51,819 nt of DNA from Alphaproteobacteria bacterium (GTDB lineage Bacteria > Pseudomonadota > Alphaproteobacteria > RF32 > CAG-239): positions 1-51,819 of the forward strand of contig JAFTYO010000008.1 in the NCBI GenBank assembly GCA_017464685.1, given 5' to 3'. The notes under the pieces are model-generated. The model was not told where the DNA came from. It made no database searches and saw nothing but the letters and a program-made list of their open reading frames with translations. Position numbers and translations under genes: made by a program. Below, piece after piece: positions 38,992 through 48,667 of this stretch; positions within the stretch are counted from its first letter, which is position 1, and every line of letters begins with the position of its first letter.

Positions 38992-39064
38992 GTCATACCG
39001 GTGCCTGAGCGTAGCGAAGATTAGACGCCACAACCTGAACTCCGGCATCAAGTGCCGGAGTAAC
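38992..39064. repeat. Inverted pair of REP-like palindromic elements
   Basis: GTCATACCGGTGCC... on plus; GTTACTCCGGCA-cttga-TGCCGGAG on minus. Confidence 0.65.
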
Positions 39065-39086
39065 AAATAAGGAACGATTATACTAC

Positions 39087-39112
39087 AAAAAGGCGGCTTT
39101 AAGCCGCCTTTT
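39087..39112 (-). terminator. Terminator of the Cys-rich gene
   Basis: AAAAGGCGGCTT-t-AAGCCGCCTTTT. Confidence 0.85.
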
Positions 39113-39123
39113 AGAGTATGTGA

Positions 39124-41321
39124 TTATTTCAGGTATACATAGTAGTTGTTACCACTTGTTATCACTCCGCAGTGACTATCTACATAATGAGATATGGTTG
39201 AGATACCTGGAGGATTGCTAGTGCTGGAATAATTACATGCCGAGCTGGTACAACAATATTGTATCCATTGTTCCGTTAATGACCAAGTAGTGGCGCCGTT
39301 ACTTGTTGACTTCGTTGCAACTTTCCAACCACAAATGTCATAATTTGTTCCGCTTGCCGGATTAGATGAATCAAGTTTTGATATTGCTGAATATGACTGA
39401 TAATCACAAGTAAATGTGGTTGTTGAGCTACTACTATTACATGATGCTTCACATTCTTTTTGACGTTGACAATCAGAACTTGAATCACCATATTGTTCAC
39501 AAGCATCACCACAATCACAATCATTACTGCTTGTTTGACATATTTTGCAATATATCTCTCCGCCAGGGGTTGTTGCAACATTAAGTGAAGTTGCTTCTGT
39601 AGTACCACTCGGGCATGTGGTATATGCATCTCTATCAGCTCTACAACCGCTAAATACCGCACAGGTTGTATTACCATATTTCAGATCTGTTGTATTTATA
39701 TAATTTTCATTGTAAACTTTATATGTATCACTACATCCGTTAATTTTATAACAGGTTGTACTACCTATTGTACCGGCGTTTTCATATTTGAAATATGGTG
39801 AGTATCGACTATCATAACCGGCTGAGGTATTACAAGCTGTCGGTTCGAAGCAACCTGATGAATTGGAAGTACAAGTTGCATATGGATAATCTGTTTGACA
39901 AGCGCTTGCCGTAGAGTATTCACATTCGCATTTCATACAGTTTACCAATGATCCTGATGTGTTATAAGCACTATATTTTTCATATTCGGTAGAATATGTA
40001 GAACATGATGTAACATAACCTGTTTGGCAACCAGTTGCTACTTCACAGTCTAAATCTGCAAATGATTGAACTCTGGTTGTAAAAATATTAGTATCCAAAG
40101 CTTCTTCATTTTTACAACCTAAACCTGATAACATTTATTGTAACCAAATGTTGCCAAAGCTTCAGAATACACGTGAGATCCCGGGCCGCCATTTATCATA
40201 TAGCCATTGCCCGATTTACAAGCACTAGGAGCCCAACAAGTTGTTTCCGTATTTTCGGAGCATAATGCATAATGAACTTCTGTTTCACACAATTCTTGTG
40301 TAGCATATTCACCTTCCGGGCAAACTTTTTCAGGCTCATTTTCATCAACCTCAGGTTGTCCCCCCCCCGAAATACAAACCAAAGCGCTTGCATCAAACGG
40401 ACAAGCTAAATAATCATCCTCACAAGAAGTTTCTGTGTAACCAAGATCAGCACAAACCGTCGCTGCAGTTGTACCACAAGTAACGGTATAATCCCAATAT
40501 CCTGCAGAACAACGGCAATTGTTACCGCAAATGCCGGTGTTTGCAATGTTAAACTTAGAATCATCACATGTTACATTGGTGCTTGACCCTTTATAATTAT
40601 AGTTGCCGTCAGTACAACCGTCCACACATGCAGGTTTTCCGCTTATATAAGTGTAGCCGCAAGTACAATTCGGAGCAACCCATGACTTACATTTATAATA
40701 CTTAGTTCCGCCAGGGCGTTCTGTACATGTCTCAGAATATCCTCTGCAACAATCAGATCCTGTATCTTCCCAAACATCTACAGTTAATGCCGGACAAGTA
40801 CATGTAGGATAATACGTGCCCGTGCTGTCAGTACATTTAACACCGCCCGGTGTAGCAGTAGAATCACACTTAAAATACTTGGTGGTATCACAGCGACATT
40901 CGGCATATAGTCCGTCACAAGACGGTCCATAACCTATCATACCCAGATCTTCACAATCTTTGTTATATTCCGGCTTACACTTACATTGATCTTTTTCACA
41001 TCTTGTAACTTCTATATTGGTGGAGCTTTTACCTGTACATGAACTACCCTCACATCTTTGGGTTGCATTGCAAGTTTCCCAATATTCATCATTCGAACAA
41101 CACTCTTGCGGTTTATACAAAGTATATCCGCCTTCTTGACATTTTTTCGCGTTTTCACTCGGGATTTCACATTGTTCTTGATCCGGACAATTTGTGCGCT
41201 TTACATAATCAGCACCAACATTACACTGACCGCCACCTAAAAAGCAAACTTTAGCTTCTGAAACACCGCTTAAACACAGCAACAACCCCAGAACAAATAA
41301 AGGAAACTTAACCTTGCACAT
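39124..41321 (-). pseudogene. Secreted cysteine-rich repeat surface protein, split by a 1-nt frameshift near 40121-40123
   Basis: Signal peptide MCKVKF...SEA; dense Cys; CADLGY...CPFD...C; adding one T joins NKCYQV to LGCKNE. Confidence 0.75.
40360..40368 (-). repeat. G9 homopolymer tract within the coding sequence
   Basis: C9 on the plus strand; the longest G/C run noticed in this AT-rich window. Confidence 0.9.
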
Positions 41322-41358
41322 AATATCCCCCATAGGCAAAATAAACTTATTTGGGATT

Positions 41359-41387
41359 ATTGTACCTAAAAAACTCCGAATTGTCAA
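41359..41387 (-). promoter_or_regulatory. Sigma70 promoter of the Cys-rich gene
   Basis: TTGACA-17 bp-TACAAT. Confidence 0.75.
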
Positions 41388-41409
41388 CAAGGCTTTTGAA
41401 ACAACTTAC

Positions 41410-41431
41410 TAATGTAACATTAATGTAACAT
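41410..41431. promoter_or_regulatory. 11-bp tandem direct repeat, candidate response-regulator site
   Basis: TAATGTAACAT x2. Confidence 0.5.
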
Positions 41432-41433
41432 TA

Positions 41434-42030
41434 CTATTTGCTTTTTTGACGCAAATCTTCAATTAGATCGGCAATGCCGTTTTTAGATTTTTTAATATAT
41501 GCCGTATATTCATTTCGGGCAGTTATGGCAAGACTTACATTTTCAATGATGATATCGACAACTTTTAATGTTCCGTTTGTATCTTTTACTCTCCATACAA
41601 CTTTTGCCGGTGCACCTTGCTTCATAGGAACGGTGGTGTTTACAAAAATCTGATTTTTAGAATTTGATGCTGATGTTCCGTTAAAAATAAATTTTTTACC
41701 CTTAAATTCATCAAAACGTTTGGACCATGTTTTTATATTCATCTGACGATAAACATCTATAAATTCGGTGCGCTCAGTTGCTGTGGCGGTGTTCCAATAA
41801 CGGCCTAAAACAAATTTGCCGATAAAATCCAAATCAAGATATTCATTAAAAAGCTTTTCAAAACGTTTGTCTTTTTCTTCTTGCGAAACATTTGCATTTA
41901 TTATTTGTTCAATACCTTGTGTGGTTACTTTTTTAATAAAATTTTCCGCCTTTACCGAGTCTAACTGAGCATAAGAAGTCATTGCATAAAACATAAATAC
42001 ACCAAATACAACAGCAAATATTTTTTTCAT
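41434..42030 (-). CDS. mlaC: MlaC/Ttg2D phospholipid-binding protein
   Basis: FVLGRYW, VVDIIIENVSL...RNEY. Confidence 0.9.
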   Translation of the reverse strand: MKKIFAVVFGVFMFYAMTSYAQLDSVKAENFIKKVTTQGIEQIINANVSQEEKDKRFEKLFNEYLDLDFIGKFVLGRYWNTATATERTEFIDVYRQMNIKTWSKRFDEFKGKKFIFNGTSASNSKNQIFVNTTVPMKQGAPAKVVWRVKDTNGTLKVVDIIIENVSLAITARNEYTAYIKKSKNGIADLIEDLRQKSK

Positions 42031-42058
42031 TTTTTATACCCTTTCTAAAACCTGTTCT

Positions 42059-42811
42059 TTAAAAATCCGCCTCAAAATCAAAATCATAATTTGGGATATT
42101 ATCATCACTGTTATCAGCCTGCGAGCATAAACTTACAAATTTTTTCCTGTTTTGTAAAAAGGCTGATTTTGTAGCCTCATAATAATCAACCGAGCCTTGC
42201 TCCAAACTATCCAAAAGTTCCATGTTTTCAGCTCTCAAATTGATATATTTTAATCCGGTAGCACTCCAAACGATGACATTTGATTTTTCATCATCCGAAT
42301 TCGCAAGTGACCAATATAGCGGGCTTGTGTAAGAATCAGCCACCCAACCGGTTAAATGTCTGGGTGTTGACGGACCCACTACCGGCAAAACCACAAACGG
42401 ACCGTCAGGCACGCAATATTTTGCCATTGTGGCATCAAATGTATTTTTCTTTTTTTCCAAGCCCCAAGATGTTGCAATATCAAATGTTCCCAACAAGCCC
42501 AATGTGGAATTTATAACAAAACGACCTATTGAAACACCGCTGTTTTTAACTTCGCCTTGAAGCAAATTATTAACCATATATTGCGGCTCTTCTAAATTAT
42601 TGAAAAAAGAACTGACTCTGTTTCTGACAAATTGATTGGTAACTTTTTTATATCCCTTTGCTACCGGCTTAATTATATTTTTATCCAGTTGATAGTTAAA
42701 TTCAAACATTGCTTTATTATACGATTCAAGAGCACTTGTATCTTGCGTATTTACCGACGAACAAGACGCAAGCGTCAAAACCGTCATTAAAAGCAAACAT
42801 TTTTTATACAT
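42059..42811 (-). CDS. mlaA: MlaA/VacJ lipoprotein
   Basis: Lipobox LASC, RFVINSTLGLLG, GPFVVLPVVGPST. Confidence 0.92.
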   Translation of the reverse strand: MYKKCLLLMTVLTLASCSSVNTQDTSALESYNKAMFEFNYQLDKNIIKPVAKGYKKVTNQFVRNRVSSFFNNLEEPQYMVNNLLQGEVKNSGVSIGRFVINSTLGLLGTFDIATSWGLEKKKNTFDATMAKYCVPDGPFVVLPVVGPSTPRHLTGWVADSYTSPLYWSLANSDDEKSNVIVWSATGLKYINLRAENMELLDSLEQGSVDYYEATKSAFLQNRKKFVSLCSQADNSDDNIPNYDFDFEADF

Positions 42812-43006
42812 CAGGCTATCCTTTAGTTTTATTTTTTATTTATTCAATGTTATAAATATAGCAATTTTCTTTATTAAATCAACAAAAATATCTCTGATTT
42901 TGGTATGGTTTTGTTACAAACAAGAAATTTTTTGTGTTTTGCATATTGATTGTTATTGGCATATTATTTGCCTCAGTTGAAAACTTTTAAAAAGGAAAAC
43001 TTTAAA

Positions 43007-44167
43007 ATGATTACTAAACCAGAAAAACCTATCAATTTATTTGATTGTGCCGCCTCACAAAAAATTATCGGACAAGACAAATTTTTAGATGCTTTTAAAA
43101 AGATTTTGGATCATGGTGCATATTGCCAAGGTCATGAAACCAGAGAATTAGATGAAAAACTTGCTCAATATTCCAAGACAAAATATTGTGCAACTTGCGG
43201 TTCCGGTACCGATGCTTTAACGTTGGCCTTAATGGCTTGGGATGTTAAACCCGGTGATGCCGTATTTGTTTCTTCGTTTACATTTGTTGCTTCAGCCGAA
43301 GCTCCGGTTTTGCTCGGTGCAACCCCCGTGTTTATTGACTCAAAACCTGACACATTCAATATGGACCCGGAAGACTTAAAACGAGCTATTGCTGAAGTTA
43401 AAGCCGAAGGCAGACTCAATTTAAAAGCCGTTATTCCGGTTGATATTTTCGGTTCTCCGTGTGAATATGACGAAATTATCAAAATCGCACATGATAACGG
43501 TATGAAAGTTTTGTCTGACTCTTGCCAGTCTTACGGTTCGGTTTATTATGGCAAAAAAGCCGGATCAATTGCCGATATGAGCGCAACTTCTTTCTATCCG
43601 ACAAAACCGTTAGGCGGATATGGTGACGGCGGTGCTGTATTTATCAATTCCGATGAAGAAAATGAGCTTGTTAAATCGGCTCGTGTTCATGGTATGAGCC
43701 CATCTGACAGATACGACAATGTACGTTTGGGTATGACCGGTCGTATGAACACTTTCCAAGCTGCCGTTTTGCTACAAAAACTTACCGTTTTTGAACAAGA
43801 ACTCAAAGACAGATACACCATTGCATCTCGTTATGACAATGAATTGAGTTCATATTTCGGAAAACAAAAAATTTTGGATAATTGCAGTTCTTCTTATGCT
43901 TTATACACCATCACTTGTGAGAATCGTGATGAATTGATGGCTTTCTTAAAAGAAGCAGGTATTCCGTGCGGTGCATACTATCCTCGTCCGGTAAATACTC
44001 AAACCGCATATGCAAAATGGAACACTCGCAAACTTCCGGTTTGCGAAAAATTATCAAAAACTGTTTTAAGTATTCCTATGCACCCATACTTGGAAGCAGA
44101 TGTTCAATCCTACATCATTGCCAAGATGAATGAATTTGCTTCCAGATACGAGGCAAAAGCTGCTTAA
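43007..44167 (+). CDS. DegT/DnrJ/EryC1/StrS aminotransferase
   Basis: SGTDAL, SFYPTKPLGGYGDGGA; start moved to the ATG after the AAGGA RBS. Confidence 0.92.
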   Translation: MITKPEKPINLFDCAASQKIIGQDKFLDAFKKILDHGAYCQGHETRELDEKLAQYSKTKYCATCGSGTDALTLALMAWDVKPGDAVFVSSFTFVASAEAPVLLGATPVFIDSKPDTFNMDPEDLKRAIAEVKAEGRLNLKAVIPVDIFGSPCEYDEIIKIAHDNGMKVLSDSCQSYGSVYYGKKAGSIADMSATSFYPTKPLGGYGDGGAVFINSDEENELVKSARVHGMSPSDRYDNVRLGMTGRMNTFQAAVLLQKLTVFEQELKDRYTIASRYDNELSSYFGKQKILDNCSSSYALYTITCENRDELMAFLKEAGIPCGAYYPRPVNTQTAYAKWNTRKLPVCEKLSKTVLSIPMHPYLEADVQSYIIAKMNEFASRYEAKAA

Positions 44168-44183
44168 TTTTCTTGATTTTATT

Positions 44184-44209
44184 AAGGCTCTCACATGAGA
44201 GCCTTTTTT
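44184..44209. terminator. Terminator between convergent genes
   Basis: AAGGCTCTCA-ca-TGAGAGCCTTTTTT. Confidence 0.85.
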
Positions 44210-44215
44210 GTAAAG

Positions 44216-46720
44216 CTAAAATAACAAGCTGTTAGTGTCCGCCGAAACATAAACATCTGAATTATCTTTTATTTCCGAGTTTAAGATTTTTAAGGCCAAA
44301 ATATTTTCTATTTCTTGTTGAATAAGCCTCTTTAACGGTCTTGCACCAAACTCACTGTCATATCCGTTCTGGGCTAAATAATTTAAGGCTTTATCATCAA
44401 TTTTAAGATTTATATTATGATTTTGCTTTAATCTTTTTTGCAATTTTTCAAGCTGAATTTTTGCAATATTTCCGATATGCTCTTTTGTTAAGGGCTCAAA
44501 AATAAGTATTTCATCTAAACGATTGATAAATTCCGGCTTGAAGAAATTTTTTAAACTCTCTCTTACATCTTTTTGATTGGTATTTGTGACTAAATTTGAT
44601 GTCATAATTAAAAAGGTATTTTTAAAATCTACCGTTCGGCCTTTACTATCGGTTAAACGCCCGTCATCTAGCACTTGCAACAATATGTTGAACACATCGG
44701 GATGTGCTTTTTCCACCTCATCAAACAAAATTACCTGATAGGGTCTGCGACGCACAGCTTCGGTCAAAACTCCGCCTTCATCATATCCGACATATCCGGG
44801 AGGTGCACCGATTAAGCGAGAAGTTGCGTGTTTTTCCATATATTCTGACATATCAATACGCAAAATTGCCTTTTCATCATTAAATAAAAACTCGGCCAAT
44901 GCTTTGGCAAGTTCGGTTTTACCAACACCCGTAGGTCCTAAAAACAAAAACGAACCGATTGGTCTGTTCGGGTCATTAAGCCCCGAGCGAGAGCGTCTTA
45001 CCGAATTTGAAACCGCTATAACGGCATTTTCTTGGCCGATTACACGACGAGATATCAATTTTTCCATATCAACAAGTTTTTGTCTTTCGTTGCTTATAAG
45101 CTTGTCAACCGGAATTGCCGTCCATTTTGAAACCATCAATGCAATTGTATCTGCCGTAACCGTTTCGGTGTTTTTGTTTTCTTGCTCATTTTTATTCAAT
45201 ATTTCGAGCTTTTTTTCAAGTTCGGGAATATCTTTATATTGAATTTTTCCGGCTTTATCATAATCGCCTAAACGCAAGGCTTTATCCATTTCTATTTTTG
45301 CATTGTCAAGCGCTTCTCTTAATTTTGAAGCTACTTTAATACTGTTTTTATGTATATTCCATTTTTCGTTTTCTTGAGCAGATGTTTTTTCTTTTTGCAA
45401 AATTTGTTCTTCGATTTCTGCCAATCGTTCCTTGGAAGAAATATCGATTTCTTGCCTTAAAGCCTCTCTCTCAATTTTGAGTTGGATAAGATTGCGGTCA
45501 AGTTCGTCTAAATATTCGGGTTTAGAATCTATACTCATACGCAAATAAGCAGCTGCTTCGTCAACCAAGTCTATGGCTTTGTCGGGCAAAAAGCGGTCGT
45601 TTATATATCTGTCGGACATCACCGCTGCCGACACAAGAGCCGCATCGGAAATACGCACTCCGTGATGAAGTTCATATTTTTCTTTTAAGCCTCGCAAAAT
45701 TGAAATTGTTTCTTCAACTCTCGGCTCTCCTACATATACCGGCTGAAATCTTCTGGCAAAAGCTTGGTCTTTTTCAATATATTTTTGATATTCGGATAAG
45801 GTTGTGGCTCCGATACAATGAAGTTCACCTCTGGCAAGAGCCGGTTTTAACAGATTTGAGGCATCCATAGAACCCGAAGTTGCGCCCGCTCCGACAACCG
45901 TATGCATTTCATCAATGAACAAAATTATCTGTCCGTTGGCAGCTTTCACTTCATCTAAAACCGCCTTTAATCTTTCTTCAAATTCGCCTCTGTATTTTGC
46001 ACCGGCAATAAGTGCTCCCATATCAAGCGCCATTAAGCGCTTGTATTTTAAGCTTTCAGGAACATCAGAATTGACAATTCTTAAAGCCAAACCTTCAACA
46101 ATGGCCGTTTTACCGACACCGGGCTCACCGATAAGAATCGGATTGTTTTTTGTTCGGCGAGACAATACCTGAATTGTATGTCTGATTTCATCATCTCTGC
46201 CGATAACGGGGTCAAGCTTGCCTTGCAGAGCTCGTTCGGTAAAATCGGTTGCATATTTTTTCAAAGATTCAAAAGTATCTTCGGCAGTGGCGCTTTGAGC
46301 CGTTCTTCCTTGGCGTATATTGTTGATGACTTCATTTAGTTTTTTAACATCAACGCCATAAGATTTATACGCAAGCAAGGCCTGTAAAATACGCTCAACC
46401 GTAACAAACGAATCTCCCGATTTTATAGCCGCTTGTTCAGCACTATCCAAAATTTTCAATAAACTTTGCGAAGCTGAAACTTGCACTGATGAGCCTTCAA
46501 TTTTGGGCAACTTTTCAATATCTGTCAACACATCTTGCAAAACTTTATCAGCATTAATACCGGTTTGCGAGACGAGACTGTAACCAAGTCCGTTTTTATC
46601 TTCCAAAAATGTTTTTAACAAATGTTCGGGTGCAATAAATTGATTGGAATTTCTCGCTGCCAAACCTTGTGCCGCCTGAATAAAACCCTTGCTTCTGTCT
46701 GTAAAATTTTCCATATTCAT
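44216..46720 (-). CDS. clpB: Chaperone ClpB
   Basis: Two AAA modules ([16 protein letters not shown]), coiled-coil middle domain; start MNMENFT. Confidence 0.95.
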   Translation of the reverse strand: MNMENFTDRSKGFIQAAQGLAARNSNQFIAPEHLLKTFLEDKNGLGYSLVSQTGINADKVLQDVLTDIEKLPKIEGSSVQVSASQSLLKILDSAEQAAIKSGDSFVTVERILQALLAYKSYGVDVKKLNEVINNIRQGRTAQSATAEDTFESLKKYATDFTERALQGKLDPVIGRDDEIRHTIQVLSRRTKNNPILIGEPGVGKTAIVEGLALRIVNSDVPESLKYKRLMALDMGALIAGAKYRGEFEERLKAVLDEVKAANGQIILFIDEMHTVVGAGATSGSMDASNLLKPALARGELHCIGATTLSEYQKYIEKDQAFARRFQPVYVGEPRVEETISILRGLKEKYELHHGVRISDAALVSAAVMSDRYINDRFLPDKAIDLVDEAAAYLRMSIDSKPEYLDELDRNLIQLKIEREALRQEIDISSKERLAEIEEQILQKEKTSAQENEKWNIHKNSIKVASKLREALDNAKIEMDKALRLGDYDKAGKIQYKDIPELEKKLEILNKNEQENKNTETVTADTIALMVSKWTAIPVDKLISNERQKLVDMEKLISRRVIGQENAVIAVSNSVRRSRSGLNDPNRPIGSFLFLGPTGVGKTELAKALAEFLFNDEKAILRIDMSEYMEKHATSRLIGAPPGYVGYDEGGVLTEAVRRRPYQVILFDEVEKAHPDVFNILLQVLDDGRLTDSKGRTVDFKNTFLIMTSNLVTNTNQKDVRESLKNFFKPEFINRLDEILIFEPLTKEHIGNIAKIQLEKLQKRLKQNHNINLKIDDKALNYLAQNGYDSEFGARPLKRLIQQEIENILALKILNSEIKDNSDVYVSADTNSLLF

Positions 46721-46745
46721 CTTCAATTTCCTTTCCATAGTTTAA

Positions 46746-46774
46746 ATATAGTAATGAAAAACTTTTACCGCAAG
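46746..46774 (-). promoter_or_regulatory. Possible RpoH (sigma32) promoter of clpB
   Basis: CTTG-N19-CTATAT resembles the alphaproteobacterial RpoH consensus. Confidence 0.45.
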
Positions 46775-46831
46775 GGCACATATTTTTTTTACTAGCTAAC
46801 AAAGGCGGTTTAGAAAAACAATAAGTAACAG

Positions 46832-46865
46832 AAAAAGACCGTCTCTTAAAAAAAGAGACGGTCTT
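46832..46865 (-). terminator. Intrinsic terminator
   Basis: AAGACCGTCTCTT-loop-AAGAGACGGTCTT with a T run on the minus strand. Confidence 0.85.
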
Positions 46866-46875
46866 AAATTTTAAT

Positions 46876-47056
46876 CTACGTAAACAATTCTTCTTTTCGA
46901 TTCTTCATACAAACAAGAACATAATAAAAAAACAATATAACCATACCAACTATAAAAGTGTAGTTTTTGGTAAAAAATTTTTCTAAATAATCTTCAGTTT
47001 GGTTACCGGCAAAAAATTGCTGCTAAAAGAAACATAAAGATAATAAACTTTTTCAT
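46876..47056 (-). pseudogene. Small two-TM membrane protein with a +1 frameshift in a T6 run
   Basis: MKKFIIFMFLLAAIF/AGNQTEDYLEKFFTKNYTFIVGMVILFFYYVLVCMKNRKEELFT*; span is 181 nt (3n+1); followed by a terminator. Confidence 0.55.
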
Positions 47057-47181
47057 AAGCATAATTTTTTAAATGACATAATAATACAAAACTATCATGA
47101 CAATATAAAAAATTTTAAAAAAGTAAATAAGAATTTTTTAAGCTTATTGATGTATGAAACCTAATAATTGAGGTGAAAAAT

Positions 47182-47847
47182 ATGCAAGAGAAATTGATAA
47201 TTTGGGATTTTGATGGTGTAATAGCCGATACTGACAGTCTATGGATGAAACTCTTCTATCAAAAAATGGTAAAAGAATGTAGCTATACACAAAATTTTGA
47301 AGATTTTTATAATATGTGCAGCGGTATGTCTGCTATAACCATGCAAAATACTTTTGCAAAAATCGGTTATAAATTAAATCTTAGTTTTTTTGGTCAAGTT
47401 CGAGACGAATTTAACTATATAATCAGTCAAAATTTTCCTTTAATCGAAAATGCTGATACAACTATTAAGAACATTACAAAAAAACAATGTTTAGCTACAG
47501 GAACACCAATTTCAAAAATTGCATGGAAAGTAAGCTTGAGCAATTTATCAGGTGTTTTTAATGAAAAAAACTCTTTTTCTTCAGAATTAGTTACAAACGG
47601 AAAACCAGCACCGGATATATTTTTATATGCCGCTCAAAAAATGGGGTTCGAACCGCAAAATTGTGTTGTAATCGAAGATTCATTGGTTGGTTTACAAGCT
47701 GCAATTAATGCATCTATGATGCCGATTGCATTTGTCGGTTGTCAGATAAACAATACTCAACAACGTATCGAAAAAATAAAAAGTTTAGGGGTGAAACATA
47801 TATTTTTCGATTTTAAAAATTTGGAAAAATTTATTTCTTCTTTATAA
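47182..47847 (+). CDS. HAD-superfamily hydrolase (CbbY/beta-PGM-like)
   Basis: DFDGVIAD, KPAPDIF, IEDS..G. Confidence 0.9.
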   Translation: MQEKLIIWDFDGVIADTDSLWMKLFYQKMVKECSYTQNFEDFYNMCSGMSAITMQNTFAKIGYKLNLSFFGQVRDEFNYIISQNFPLIENADTTIKNITKKQCLATGTPISKIAWKVSLSNLSGVFNEKNSFSSELVTNGKPAPDIFLYAAQKMGFEPQNCVVIEDSLVGLQAAINASMMPIAFVGCQINNTQQRIEKIKSLGVKHIFFDFKNLEKFISSL

Positions 47848-47936
47848 AATTTTATTTGACAAGGAGCATTTTTAAAAGTACAAAAAAGATACTGTCTCTT
47901 ATTGTAAAATTATTAACCTTAAAAATCCAAATTCAT

Positions 47937-48152
47937 ATGGGAAAGAAAAATGAAGAAGATGGCTGGCTTTGTGCGGAGTTCGCAAAGATGGCTTTTGACA
48001 AGGAAGAAGATTACGGTTTCGGATGTCGTTGTTTCCTTGTAACTTTGGCTGCCGGAACTGCTGTTATTGAGCCTCTTGTAAAGGCTGCCAAATCACTTGG
48101 TATAGACAGTGGTCCGAGAAATGATGATTATAATCCTATGTTGGACTCGTAG
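47937..48152 (+). CDS. Small hypothetical protein
   Basis: ORF with TTGACA-17-TACAAA upstream and a terminator downstream. Confidence 0.6.
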   Translation: MGKKNEEDGWLCAEFAKMAFDKEEDYGFGCRCFLVTLAAGTAVIEPLVKAAKSLGIDSGPRNDDYNPMLDS

Positions 48153-48159
48153 CTTTCAG

Positions 48160-48194
48160 AAAAAATCCACCCGTAAAAACCGGTGGATTTTTTT
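48160..48194 (+). terminator. Intrinsic terminator
   Basis: AAAAAAATCCACC-loop-GGTGGATTTTTTT. Confidence 0.85.
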
Positions 48195-48256
48195 GCATTA
48201 TTGAAAATATATATTTTATACATATCTTATTGAAGTATTTATAAAGGAGAATAGCT

Positions 48257-48553
48257 ATGAAAAAACAAATTTTATGTACTGCATTACTTATAGGATTAGG
48301 CGTAATATTATCTTATAATGTAGCAAATGCCCAAGGTGCTTGGGAAAACACAAAAGAAGTAACATCAGATGTCTGGGAAGGAACAAAAGATGTTGCATCT
48401 GATGTTTGGGATGGGACTAAAGAAGTTACTTCCGATGTTTGGGACGGAACCAAAGAGGTTGCATCTGATGTAAAAGATGGTGTCAGTGGTGATAATGATG
48501 CAAAACCTGTTGCAACAGACGATAAGGCAATATCTGAACCTACAAATAATTAA
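48257..48553 (+). CDS. Secreted protein with 11-aa tandem repeats (LEA/apolipoprotein-like)
   Basis: Signal peptide then W(E/D)(N/G)TK(E/D)V(T/A)SDV x4; AGGAG RBS. Confidence 0.8.
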   Translation: MKKQILCTALLIGLGVILSYNVANAQGAWENTKEVTSDVWEGTKDVASDVWDGTKEVTSDVWDGTKEVASDVKDGVSGDNDAKPVATDDKAISEPTNN

Positions 48554-48570
48554 TATTTACAATAATTATA

Positions 48571-48617
48571 AGATTCCGGTGCCTGTTTCGAATTTAAAAC
48601 TTGGGCACCGGTATGAT
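48571..48617 (-). repeat. REP-like palindromic element
   Basis: Minus strand ATCATACCGGTGCC-loop-GGCACCGGAATCT; TCATACCGGTGCC is identical to 38993..39005. Confidence 0.7.
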
Positions 48618-48667
48618 AGTATAGAGAGAAATAACTCACTACCTCAAATACTTTTAATGGATTGTTT

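Noticed and set aside
40134-40368. G9 slippage rescuing the downstream frameshift
   Set aside because: The downstream frame has a TAA immediately before 40134, and the current frame after G9 already encodes the Cys repeat; the two features are independent
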